Below the pieces are notes generated by a model. That model saw only the letters and a program-made list of their open reading frames with translations. It searched no databases and was not told where the DNA came from. A DNA stretch of 64,000 nt from a bacterium (lineage in GTDB: Bacteria; Patescibacteriota; Minisyncoccia; UBA6257; MFKM01), in the NCBI GenBank assembly GCA_030693325.1, contig JAUYAV010000019.1:134618-198617 (forward strand), written 5' to 3'. Position numbers and translations under genes: made by a program. Shown piece after piece: positions 10,219 through 18,584 of this stretch; positions within the stretch are counted from its first letter, which is position 1; every line of letters starts with the position of its first letter.

Positions 10219-11098
10219 AGTTGAGAAATTTTACGAGCGGCTTGGCAGGCCGTCTGGTGATTTTTCTTTGAAAAGACGCCAGCAGGACGTTCTTTTTGAC
10301 AAAAAGTGGCTGCGGTTTCTGAAACTATCGCATTTTTTCAGGCATTTGCCTTTTATAGATTTTATTTTAGGAGCCGGGTCAATGGCGCTGGGGAATGTCC
10401 ACCAAGATTCGGATTTTGATGTTATTGTTGGAGCAAAATCCGGCAGAATTTTTACGGCCAGATTTTTTTGTATTTTAATGTTCGGTTTATTGGGCCGGCG
10501 CCGCCACGCTAAGCGTGGCTATCTGCCCCGCTCAGCGGGGCGCCAAAAACTTTCACATCGGGAAGCCGCCAGTAATAAAATTTGTTTTAATCATTTTGTC
10601 ACTCCGCGGAGTTATTGCCTGAAACCGCCCCACAATATTTATTGGCGGGAACTTTATCAGAATTTGGTTCCGATTTACGGCCGAAAAGAAAAAATCAGGG
10701 AATTTTTTGAAGCCAATAATTGGATGGGGGAGCGGATTTACCCCGTTAGAAGTTCAGCTAAGTTTTCGGGTTTTTCAACGAACGAAAGCGAATTCGCCTG
10801 CGGCTCCAATTTTTCAAAGAAAAAAGCTTTGTTGAAAACTTCTAACGGGGTTTATTCCGATGACTTGCGCCATGGATTTTATGAGCCGAGTTTTATTGCT
10901 TCTATTTTGGAAAAAATGTTAAGCGGCCGGTTTGGTGATTTTATAGAACGAATATTGAAACAAATTCAAATTAAAAGAATTAAAAAAAGCCCGAAAGACA
11001 GTTTGGGATTTGAGCCGCGAATGGTTTTCAATAATGATGAACTGGAGTTTCATCCCGACACCTTGAGAATCCATAAATTGCTGTCCGATGAAAAGTAA
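10202..11098 (+). CDS. Hypothetical protein with a Pol-beta-like nucleotidyltransferase motif (GS…DSDFDV). It hosts a copy of the GC-rich in-frame element.
   Basis: GAGSMALGNVHQDSDFDVIV; GC-rich palindromic insert at 10498-10545. Confidence 0.4.
   Translation: MKTENKVEKFYERLGRPSGDFSLKRRQQDVLFDKKWLRFLKLSHFFRHLPFIDFILGAGSMALGNVHQDSDFDVIVGAKSGRIFTARFFCILMFGLLGRRRHAKRGYLPRSAGRQKLSHREAASNKICFNHFVTPRSYCLKPPHNIYWRELYQNLVPIYGRKEKIREFFEANNWMGERIYPVRSSAKFSGFSTNESEFACGSNFSKKKALLKTSNGVYSDDLRHGFYEPSFIASILEKMLSGRFGDFIERILKQIQIKRIKKSPKDSLGFEPRMVFNNDELEFHPDTLRIHKLLSDEK
10498..10545. repeat. GC-rich ~48-bp double-hairpin element (GGCGCC-GCCACGCTAAGCGTGGC-TATCT-GCCCCGCTCAGCGGGGC-GCC), in-frame inside the CDS
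   Basis: Near-identical to the reverse complement of 18810-18855 inside fusA. Confidence 0.85.
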
Positions 11099-11942
11099 AT
11101 CCATTATTCTTGTTGTTGTTCTGCTTTTGGCTCTTGATCTTCTGGTTTGGCGGACAATTATTCTCATCAATCCTTCGGATGATCTGACGATCTATTTTTT
11201 ATCCGTCGGTCAGGGCGACAGCGAATTGGTTATTTTGCCCGGTGGTGTCAAGGTTCTAATAGACGGCGGACCAAACAATGAAGTGCTTACTGATTTGGCC
11301 GCGATTTTGCCTCAGACCGACAGATATATTGATTTGGTGATTAATTCTCATCCGGAAATTGACCATTTTCTCGGCTTGATTGACGTTTTGAAAAATTATC
11401 GGGTCGGGACTTTCATTTCCAACGGTCGCGAGGGGACAGCCGATTCTTGGCAGGCCTTGGTTGAAGTTTTGAAGAATAGCAAAATTCCCGCCGTGAGCTT
11501 GGCGGCCGGCGACCGAATTCGCTATCGGGAAAATTACTTTGACATTCTTTCCCCGGATAAAAATTTTATCAATAATAAAGATTTAAATGATACAAGCTTG
11601 GTGGTGCTTCTTAAAAGCCAAAATCTCAAAGCTCTATTTGTCGGAGACATCGGAGTCAAGCCGGAAAAATATTTAGCCGCTAAATTTGACATCAGCGCCG
11701 ATATTTTGAAAGTCGGCCATCATGGTTCAAAATATTCATCCATCGCAGATTTTTTAAAAGCCGTGTCACCGAAGATTGCGGTTACTGAAGTCGGGAAAAA
11801 TACTTACGGCCATCCGACCAAAGAAGTTTTGGACAGATTGGCTTCAATCGGCGCTCAAATTTACCGGACGGACAATAATGGGACCGTAAAAATTGTGGTG
11901 GCGAAAGATTCTTCTCAAATTCAAGTTTTTAAAGAAAAATGA
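11088..11942 (+). CDS. MBL-fold metallo-hydrolase (resembles the ComEC C-terminal domain) with an N-terminal TM anchor
   Basis: HPEIDH (HxHxDH) motif and a later GHHGS motif. Confidence 0.65.
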   Translation: MKSKSIILVVVLLLALDLLVWRTIILINPSDDLTIYFLSVGQGDSELVILPGGVKVLIDGGPNNEVLTDLAAILPQTDRYIDLVINSHPEIDHFLGLIDVLKNYRVGTFISNGREGTADSWQALVEVLKNSKIPAVSLAAGDRIRYRENYFDILSPDKNFINNKDLNDTSLVVLLKSQNLKALFVGDIGVKPEKYLAAKFDISADILKVGHHGSKYSSIADFLKAVSPKIAVTEVGKNTYGHPTKEVLDRLASIGAQIYRTDNNGTVKIVVAKDSSQIQVFKEK

Positions 11943-11976
11943 TAGAATTTTACTAGTGGCTAGCGACTAAAACAAT

Positions 11977-13386
11977 ATGGAAAGAATATATATAAAAGAT
12001 CTCAAAAATTATATTGGCCAGGAAATAACCATAAAAGGCTGGGTTGATGTTCGTCGGGACCAGGGCAAGCTTATCTTTTTTGATTTTCGGGATATGTCCG
12101 GTAAGGTGCAGGGTGTTGTTTTGCCAAACGCTTCCAAAGCTCACGAAGTAGGATCAAAATTAAGAACAGAATGGGTTGTTGAGGTGCGAGGGAAAGTAAA
12201 CCAACGGCCAGAAAGAGCTGTGCAAAAAGACAAGCAGAATGGCGATATTGAGTTGGAAATTCTTGAAATATCTGTGCTCAATAAAGCCGAGACGCCGCCT
12301 TTTGATATTTCCGGAGATGGGAAAGAAATTAACGAAGAAGCGCGTCTTCGTTATCGCTATATTGACCTGCGACGAAGCAGAATGCAAAAAAATATACGAA
12401 ATAGAGATAAATTAATTTCCTTTTTTAGAGATTATATGCACAAAGAAGGTTTTGTTGAGATAGAAACTCCCATTATGATGAAAGGGACCCCGGAAGGATC
12501 TCGTGAATATGTTGTGCCCTCAAGACTTGAGAACGGAAAATTTTATGTATTACCGCAATCACCGCAACAATTTAAACAGTTGAGTATGGTTGCTGGTTTT
12601 GAGAAATATTTTCAAATTGCAAGATGTTTTAGAGACGAAGACACGAGAGGCGACAGACAACCGGAATTTACTCAACTTGATTATGAAATGTCATTTGTTG
12701 ACCAAGAAGATATCCTTCAATTAACAGAAAAAATGTTTATTGAAATGGTCACGAAATTGTATCCCCAAAAACATATTACTCAGATTCCATTTCCAAGAAT
12801 TACATATAAGGAATCAACGGAAAAATTTGGATCAGATAAGCCGGATATGAGAAAAAACAAGGAGGATAAAGACGAGCTATCATTTACTTGGGTTATTGAT
12901 TTCCCTATGTTTGAGAAAGGAGAAGATGGTAAGTTGTCGGCAACACATCATCCATTCTGTTCTGTAAATGACGAAGATTTGAAAAACTTTATGGAAGGTA
13001 AAGAGTTGCTCTCAGTTAGAGCAAAAGCATATGATCTTGTTTTAAATCAATACGAATTAAGCTCAGGAAGTGTAAGAATTCATAAATCCGATGTGCAGAA
13101 GAAAATGTTTGACTATCTTGGTATCGGCGAGGAAGATCAACAAAAAAGATTTGGTCATATGCTTGAGGCATTTAAATACGGTACTCCTCCACACGCCGGA
13201 TTTGCTCCCGGTATAGATAGAATCGTTATGATAATGGAAAATGAGCCGAATATTCGCGAAGTTATTGCATTTCCTAAAACCGGCGACGGCCGAGATTTGA
13301 TGATGAATGCGCCGTCTGAGATAACAAATGAACAGTTACGAGAGTTGGGAATTAAAATTGAAAAAAATAATATACCTAAAAAATAG
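11977..13386 (+). CDS. aspS: Aspartyl-tRNA synthetase. It is compact (469 aa) and lacks the bacterial GAD insertion domain.
   Basis: N-terminal OB fold; class II motifs FQIARCFRDED and GTPPHAGFAPGIDR. Confidence 0.8.
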   Translation: MERIYIKDLKNYIGQEITIKGWVDVRRDQGKLIFFDFRDMSGKVQGVVLPNASKAHEVGSKLRTEWVVEVRGKVNQRPERAVQKDKQNGDIELEILEISVLNKAETPPFDISGDGKEINEEARLRYRYIDLRRSRMQKNIRNRDKLISFFRDYMHKEGFVEIETPIMMKGTPEGSREYVVPSRLENGKFYVLPQSPQQFKQLSMVAGFEKYFQIARCFRDEDTRGDRQPEFTQLDYEMSFVDQEDILQLTEKMFIEMVTKLYPQKHITQIPFPRITYKESTEKFGSDKPDMRKNKEDKDELSFTWVIDFPMFEKGEDGKLSATHHPFCSVNDEDLKNFMEGKELLSVRAKAYDLVLNQYELSSGSVRIHKSDVQKKMFDYLGIGEEDQQKRFGHMLEAFKYGTPPHAGFAPGIDRIVMIMENEPNIREVIAFPKTGDGRDLMMNAPSEITNEQLRELGIKIEKNNIPKK

Positions 13387-13463
13387 GCTTTATTGTGGTA
13401 TATTTATTATTGAAGTAAGACATCATAAGAATCGCACCTTAAAATAATTTTATAAAAAAGGAG

Positions 13464-13865
13464 GTGGATATGTATTATGATTGGCTGAACGGTTTTATCA
13501 CGCCTTTAATAAAGATATTTGAGAAAGAGTTAAGAAAGGGTTTTGTTTACGATTTAAGGATGGCTGAAATGGCGGCTAAGCACAGCGATGCGATGAGAAA
13601 ATATAATGTGGATTATTCTTATCATGCTCCGAAAGAATTTTGGGATACAGCGTTTGCCGAATTAGTGGGTGATCCTTATTATGTTTTTTATGATGATTGG
13701 GCGATCAGGCAAGCAATGGAAGAAATTGCTTACAAGTTTTTGAATTCGCCCGCTGGCCATCGAAGCGCTTTAGAAAAATATCCAGTTATAGGCGGCGGGA
13801 TAGCTCTCAACCAGATTGGAAACGGCTGGGTAAAGGTTTATACAACCTTGAGATTAAGATACTAA
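13464..13865 (+). CDS. Small hypothetical protein, paralog 1 of a tandem pair
   Basis: Strong SD AAGGAGGTG; shares YYDW, IGgGIAL and TLRLR motifs with 14013..14426; has its own terminator. Confidence 0.55.
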   Translation: MDMYYDWLNGFITPLIKIFEKELRKGFVYDLRMAEMAAKHSDAMRKYNVDYSYHAPKEFWDTAFAELVGDPYYVFYDDWAIRQAMEEIAYKFLNSPAGHRSALEKYPVIGGGIALNQIGNGWVKVYTTLRLRY

Positions 13866-13868
13866 TTT

Positions 13869-13900
13869 TAAAAGAGCTCTGATAAGCCAGAGCTCTTTTC
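13869..13900 (+). terminator. Rho-independent terminator hairpin (aaaagagctctg…cagagctctttt)
   Basis: 12-bp GC-containing stem followed by a T-run. Confidence 0.7.
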
Positions 13901-14012
13901 ATTTAGAAAATAATCTCTTTACAAGAGGGGTTTGTTAGAGTTTAATATTAGAGTCTTAAACTAAATAATTTAAGAAAACCGCATTTTAAAAATTTAAAAA
14001 GGGAGGTGGATT

Positions 14013-14426
14013 ATGGATGCCGTTGCCGCTTATTACGACTGGATACGCAGGTTGGTTAATTTTTTTATCATAGAACTGGAAGAAATATACGGGACAAAAT
14101 TTGACAGAGATGAGGAGATGACTTTAGGCGCGACTGACCACAGCAAGCAGATGATGCTCAAAGGTTATCCTTATAAGATTATTGGCGAATTTACGGGACC
14201 GATACTTTTTGAAAAAATTGAATTTGTGCAGGACGGAATAGCTTTTTATAATCAGTCGTCAATTGAACAAACCTTGAAGAGAATGCTTTATGATATTCTG
14301 AATTCAATTAGTCCGAACTTTCGTCCCTGTATAAAGAATTACCGTTTTATCGGCGTGGGGATAGCTTTAAGAGAACTGCATGGTGAAATATTCCTTTACG
14401 CCACCCTAAGGTTAAGATTAGAATAA
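14013..14426 (+). CDS. Small hypothetical protein, paralog 2 of the tandem pair
   Basis: Strong SD GGGAGGTG; shares motifs with 13464..13865. Confidence 0.55.
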   Translation: MDAVAAYYDWIRRLVNFFIIELEEIYGTKFDRDEEMTLGATDHSKQMMLKGYPYKIIGEFTGPILFEKIEFVQDGIAFYNQSSIEQTLKRMLYDILNSISPNFRPCIKNYRFIGVGIALRELHGEIFLYATLRLRLE

Positions 14427-14435
14427 ATAATAAAT

Positions 14436-14474
14436 CAAAAAAGAGTTCCGATTAATCGGAACTCTTTTTCTTTT
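14436..14474 (+). terminator. Rho-independent terminator (aaaaaagagttccgattaatcggaactctttttt)
   Basis: Perfect hairpin followed by a T-run. Confidence 0.7.
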
Positions 14475-14659
14475 GAATCAAACAAAAACCTCGCCTTGTA
14501 TAAAATCCTGATAAAAAATCAGGTGGGTGGACTCAGTTTTAGCCCAAGGGCTAAAACGATTCGTCCTCCCGTTTAAAAATTTATTGTGCAGGATTTTAAC
14601 TTAGCGAGGATAATATCATTATAGCATAAAGTGAATGTCGGAAACAGGTATTTCAAGAC

Positions 14660-15490
14660 CTAAAGTCCGAATAATCTAATAGCGTTTTGATAAGTTTGCT
14701 CCGCCACTTTTTCCAAGGAAAGACCGCAAATTTCGGCTATTTTTTGAGCCGTGTACTTGACATAAAGCGGTTCGTTTCTTTGGCCACGGTAGGGGACAGG
14801 CGCCAAATAAGGGCAGTCGGTTTCAATCAATATTTTTTCCAGCGGCATATCTCTGATAATGTCGTCATAGTCGGAAGAATAGGTGATTATTCCTGTAAAC
14901 CCGAGATACAAACCTAAATCCAAATATTGTTTCGCCTGTTGACTATTGCCCGAAAAACAATGGACTACGCCTTTAAATTGATATTCGGTATTTTTCAATT
15001 CTTTGATGAGTTCATCATAAGCTTCACGGCAATGGATGATAAGCGGTTTATCTAATTCTTGAGCTAATTTTAAATGGTTTAAAAATAATTCTTTTTGTTT
15101 GATTCTTAGTTGCGGATCGGTTGTCCGATAATAATCCAGGCCGGTTTCGCCGACAGCCACAACCTTATCAGAACTTTTTGCTAAAGCTAAATATTTTTGG
15201 TAATCAAAATTTTCATCTCCGACATGGGTAGGGTGGAGCCCGATAGCCGCCCAAACTCCTTTTTCGTAATTTCCGGCGATAGCCACCGCTTTTTCGCTGG
15301 TATCATATCTAGAGCCGACATTAATCAGCCAAAGATTTTCATCAAGGCATTTTTTGATGATTTTCGGATAGTCGTCATTAAAGGCCTTGAAATTAAGATG
15401 GCTGTGGGAATCAAAAAATTTCATAATAAATTTATAACGCATTTTATCTATAAGAGCAACTGGATTTCGCATTTGCGAGTTATAAAACAA
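14660..15490 (-). CDS. tatD: TatD-family metal-dependent hydrolase/DNase (TTG start)
   Basis: FDSHSHLN motif; conserved TatD His/Asp/Glu residues. Confidence 0.85.
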   Translation of the reverse strand: MFYNSQMRNPVALIDKMRYKFIMKFFDSHSHLNFKAFNDDYPKIIKKCLDENLWLINVGSRYDTSEKAVAIAGNYEKGVWAAIGLHPTHVGDENFDYQKYLALAKSSDKVVAVGETGLDYYRTTDPQLRIKQKELFLNHLKLAQELDKPLIIHCREAYDELIKELKNTEYQFKGVVHCFSGNSQQAKQYLDLGLYLGFTGIITYSSDYDDIIRDMPLEKILIETDCPYLAPVPYRGQRNEPLYVKYTAQKIAEICGLSLEKVAEQTYQNAIRLFGL

Positions 15491-15655
15491 AAACCTTCGT
15501 GAAAACGAAGGTTATATAAAAAGTTTAACTTGGTCGCAATTACTGAACGAAGCTCGAACCTTTTTCGAGCGGAAATCGCTCGAATGATTTCGCTCCGCGT
15601 TTCCGCCCGCCGAACTTCGGCGAGCAAAGCAAAACAATTTTCAAAATGTCTGAAA

Positions 15656-15729
15656 TGGTCGGGCTGCCGGGAATCGAACCCGGGCTAAATCTACCCCATA
15701 GACTCGTGCTACCATTACACCACAACCCG
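15656..15729 (-). tRNA. tRNA-Pro (anticodon GGG), CCA encoded
   Basis: Manual fold: acceptor CGGGUUG/CAGCCCG; anticodon loop AUGGGGU; T-loop GGTTCGATTCC. Confidence 0.75.
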
Positions 15730-15753
15730 TTTCTTGTATAATATAATTTAAGA

Positions 15754-16515
15754 ATGAGAAAAGCAAAACATCGGAATGGTGTGCGATATTCTCTATGGGT
15801 AAAAGAAAAGACAGTCGCGTTACGGCAGGAGGGAAAAACTCATCGTGAGATTGTGAAAGAATTGGGCATTAGTCTCGGCTCTGCTGATTTATGGACGAAG
15901 GGGATAGCGTTGTCGCGCGAACAGAAAATTGCGATACAAAGAAGGCGTAATAAGCATATCTTTACGCCCAAAGAAAGAAAATTAATATCAGAGAGATTGA
16001 GGCCATTTCAATATCAATTGCAATATCGCAATGAAGATCTGATTGATAAAATAAGAAAATTTTATGCGGAAAACGGGAGAATTCCTCTCAAGCGCGAGTT
16101 TAATTCCCTCAGAATTTTTAGAGAACGTTTTGGTAGCTGGAATAATGCAATTAAATTAGCCGGATTTGAACCAAATCAAGTTATATTCTCAAAGAAATTC
16201 ATCGCTAAAGACGGACATATTTGTGATTCATTTGCGGAAAAAATCGTAGATGATTGGTTATCCTACTACCGCATTAAACATGAGAGAAACTTTCCTTATG
16301 AAAACACAAAAATGACCGCTGATTTTAAGACGGGCAATTTTTTGATAGAATATTTTGGCCTTGCCGGAGAAATAAAAGTTTATGATCAATTAATCAAAAA
16401 GAAAAGAATTTTAGCCAGAGATAGAAAAATGAGCCTTATTGAAATTTATCCCAAAAATTTATTTTCAAAAGATTATAAAACTTTTTTAAGAAAAATATTC
16501 AAACCGCTATCTTAG
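15754..16515 (+). CDS. Hypothetical protein with an N-terminal HTH, an HNH-endonuclease-associated repeat (GSWNNAIKLAGF) and a possible C-terminal nuclease-like domain
   Basis: REIVKELGIS HTH; FRERFGSWNNAIKLAGFEP matches the HNH-associated repeat; adjacent to tRNA-Pro. Confidence 0.4.
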   Translation: MRKAKHRNGVRYSLWVKEKTVALRQEGKTHREIVKELGISLGSADLWTKGIALSREQKIAIQRRRNKHIFTPKERKLISERLRPFQYQLQYRNEDLIDKIRKFYAENGRIPLKREFNSLRIFRERFGSWNNAIKLAGFEPNQVIFSKKFIAKDGHICDSFAEKIVDDWLSYYRIKHERNFPYENTKMTADFKTGNFLIEYFGLAGEIKVYDQLIKKKRILARDRKMSLIEIYPKNLFSKDYKTFLRKIFKPLS

Positions 16516-16525
16516 AAAAAGTATT

Positions 16526-16708
16526 CTATTTTTCCCTTGCCTGAGTTCTAACGCATTTCGTGCAGGCTTTCACTCTTTTGCCTGAAGCCGATTTAGTCCA
16601 CTGGAGGTTGGGATGTTTTCTGGTTTTTTCGGTGGGATTATATTTGCCGCGAAGTTTTTTACGGCTTCTCCCCATGATGGATATTTTTTCGCAAAAATAA
16701 CATTTCAT
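16526..16708 (-). CDS. rpmB: 50S ribosomal protein L28
   Basis: 60 aa; NPNLQ-like (HPNLQW) motif and CTKC zinc ribbon. Confidence 0.7.
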   Translation of the reverse strand: MKCYFCEKISIMGRSRKKLRGKYNPTEKTRKHPNLQWTKSASGKRVKACTKCVRTQAREK

Positions 16709-16777
16709 AATACCCTTTATATTAAAAGGTTGTTATAATAAAATCAATCCCTTGATAGATTCGGGATTAAATTATTT

Positions 16778-17404
16778 ATGTCTGACATTTCCATCACAAT
16801 TTTTCAGCTGATTGTTTTATATGCCTCAATGGTCATTCATGAAGTTTCTCATGGACTGACCGCTTATAAATTGGGCGACCCGACGCCGAAGTTGGCCGGC
16901 CGGCTGACTTTCAACCCCTTAAAACACATTGACCCGTTCGGCACGGTGCTTCTGCCTATGTTTCTTATCTTATTTCATAGTCCTTTTGTGATTTGTTATG
17001 CCAAACCGGTTCCTTTCAATCCCGATAATTTCCGGAACGTTAAAAAAGGAATTATACTTACGGGATTGGCCGGGCCGCTTTCTAATATTTCTCTGGCGGT
17101 TATTTTTTCTATATTGATAAGATTACTGGGTTTTTTCGGAATTTTATCTTCTTCGCTTTTGACTTTTTTGTTTATCGTCGTTTTTTTGAATCTTTTATTC
17201 GCTTTTTTCAATCTGGCTCCTTTTCCGCCTTTTGACGGGCATCATATCTTTTTCTCGCTTTTGCCGGATAAATTTTATGGGATTAAAAATTTTTTGACGG
17301 GAAATTATTTTTTCCTGATGCTGATTTGGGTTTTTCTTGCTTTTCCGTATTTAATTGTTCCGTTGGCTTATCGGCTTTCCCTGATTTTTATCGGAAGTGC
17401 TTAA
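16778..17404 (+). CDS. Membrane zinc metalloprotease, peptidase M50 (site-2 protease) family
   Basis: HEVSHG (HExxH) within a TM helix; polytopic. Confidence 0.7.
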   Translation: MSDISITIFQLIVLYASMVIHEVSHGLTAYKLGDPTPKLAGRLTFNPLKHIDPFGTVLLPMFLILFHSPFVICYAKPVPFNPDNFRNVKKGIILTGLAGPLSNISLAVIFSILIRLLGFFGILSSSLLTFLFIVVFLNLLFAFFNLAPFPPFDGHHIFFSLLPDKFYGIKNFLTGNYFFLMLIWVFLAFPYLIVPLAYRLSLIFIGSA

Positions 17405-17412
17405 CAAAAGGG

Positions 17413-17551
17413 TTGACCCCGTTAGAAGCCTGACGAATCCTAAATTAAGCAACAATCAACAAAGTCCTGTTTAAAATAAAAATTTAATTCAATCTAGAAA
17501 CAGAAAAATTTAATAAATTTTTCTGTTTTAGGGCTTCTAACGGGGTTGACA
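17413..17551. repeat. Family-A palindromic MITE-like element, copy 1 (TIR ACCCCGTTAGAAGCC…GGCTTCTAACGGGGT). Its right end carries a TTGACA -35 box for rpsL.
   Basis: 15-bp terminal inverted repeats and internal hairpin acagaaaaattt…aaatttttctgt; homologous copies at ~22583 and ~58841. Confidence 0.85.
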
Positions 17552-17573
17552 ATCCTTTTGATTCCAGTATTAT
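17546..17573 (+). promoter_or_regulatory. Putative promoter of the rpsL-rpsG-fusA operon (TTGACA-N16-TATTAT)
   Basis: The -35 lies inside the right terminus of the family-A element. Confidence 0.5.
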
Positions 17574-17633
17574 TTAGAAATTATCTGCCAGAGACGGATT
17601 TGTCTTCGGCGGAAAGATTAAAATTTTAGCGAT

Positions 17634-18053
17634 ATGCCTACGATCAGACAATTAATTAAAAAAGGAAGAAAGAAAACGAGCGCTAAAAAGAAAACCCCGG
17701 CTTTAGGGCGTTATTTCAATTATCTTAAAAATCGCCCAACTAATTCCGTTTCGCCTTTCAAGCGGGGAGTTTGCCTGAAAGTTTTCACCACCACTCCTAA
17801 AAAACCGAATTCCGCTTTGAGAAAAGTGGCCCGGGTGCGTTTGAGCAACGGGATGGAAGTGACGGCTTATATTCCCGGTGAAGGACATCTTCTTCAGGAG
17901 CATTCGGTGGTTTTAATTCGCGGCGGCCGGGTGAAAGATTTGCCGGGCGTGAGATATCACATTGTCCGTGGGATTTTGGATACCACCGGCGTGGAAAACC
18001 GGAAACAACAGCGCTCGAAATACGGAGCTAAAAGACCTAAAGTAAATGCGTAA
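17634..18053 (+). CDS. rpsL: 30S ribosomal protein S12
   Basis: [13 protein letters not shown]…[16 protein letters not shown]. Confidence 0.97.
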   Translation: MPTIRQLIKKGRKKTSAKKKTPALGRYFNYLKNRPTNSVSPFKRGVCLKVFTTTPKKPNSALRKVARVRLSNGMEVTAYIPGEGHLLQEHSVVLIRGGRVKDLPGVRYHIVRGILDTTGVENRKQQRSKYGAKRPKVNA

Positions 18054-18519
18054 AAAACAAATTTATAAAAACAGAAAATTGCGCCAGCCCGATATTAAAT
18101 TCAACAGTTTAGTTGTTGGCCGATTTATCAATTATTTGATGTTTGAAGGGAAAAAATCTTTAGCGGAGAAAATAGTTTATCAGGCCTTTGAACAAATAGA
18201 GAAAACAACCAAAGAAGACCCGATGAAAGTTTTTGAAAAGGCCTTGGAAAATGTCAGTCCGCTGGTGGCTGTGGCCTCCCGGAGAGTCGGAGGCGCTAAT
18301 TATCAGGTGCCGATGGAAGTGAGGCCGGAAAGAAAATTCTTCCTGGCTGGTCATTGGATTATCGCGGCCGCCCGAGCGCGGAAAGGAAGAACCATGGTTG
18401 AAAACTTGGCGGAAGAAATTATCGCCGCTTCCAAAAACGAAGGAACGGCCGTTAAAAAGAAACAGGACATGCATCGAGTAGCGGAAGCTAACCGAGCGTT
18501 CGCCCATTTTGCGAGATAA
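18046..18519 (+). CDS. rpsG: 30S ribosomal protein S7
   Basis: S7 family, 157 aa. Confidence 0.95.
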   Translation: MRKKQIYKNRKLRQPDIKFNSLVVGRFINYLMFEGKKSLAEKIVYQAFEQIEKTTKEDPMKVFEKALENVSPLVAVASRRVGGANYQVPMEVRPERKFFLAGHWIIAAARARKGRTMVENLAEEIIAASKNEGTAVKKKQDMHRVAEANRAFAHFAR

Positions 18520-18521
18520 AA

Positions 18522-18575
18522 GTAATTACTGTAATTACAGTAATTACAGCAATTACAGCAATTACCGTAATTACT
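18522..18575. repeat. Six tandem 9-bp repeats GTAATTACN in the rpsG–fusA spacer
   Basis: gtaattact gtaattaca gtaattaca gcaattaca gcaattacc gtaattact. Confidence 0.9.
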
Positions 18576-18584
18576 ATTTTTTTT

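Noticed and set aside
15540-15725. 61-aa minus-strand ORF
   Set aside because: It overlaps tRNA-Pro and the hairpins 3' of it.
18522-18575. Tandem 9-mer array as a possible CRISPR
   Set aside because: The units are 9 bp with no spacers, the arrays are only 2-6 units long, and there are no cas genes.
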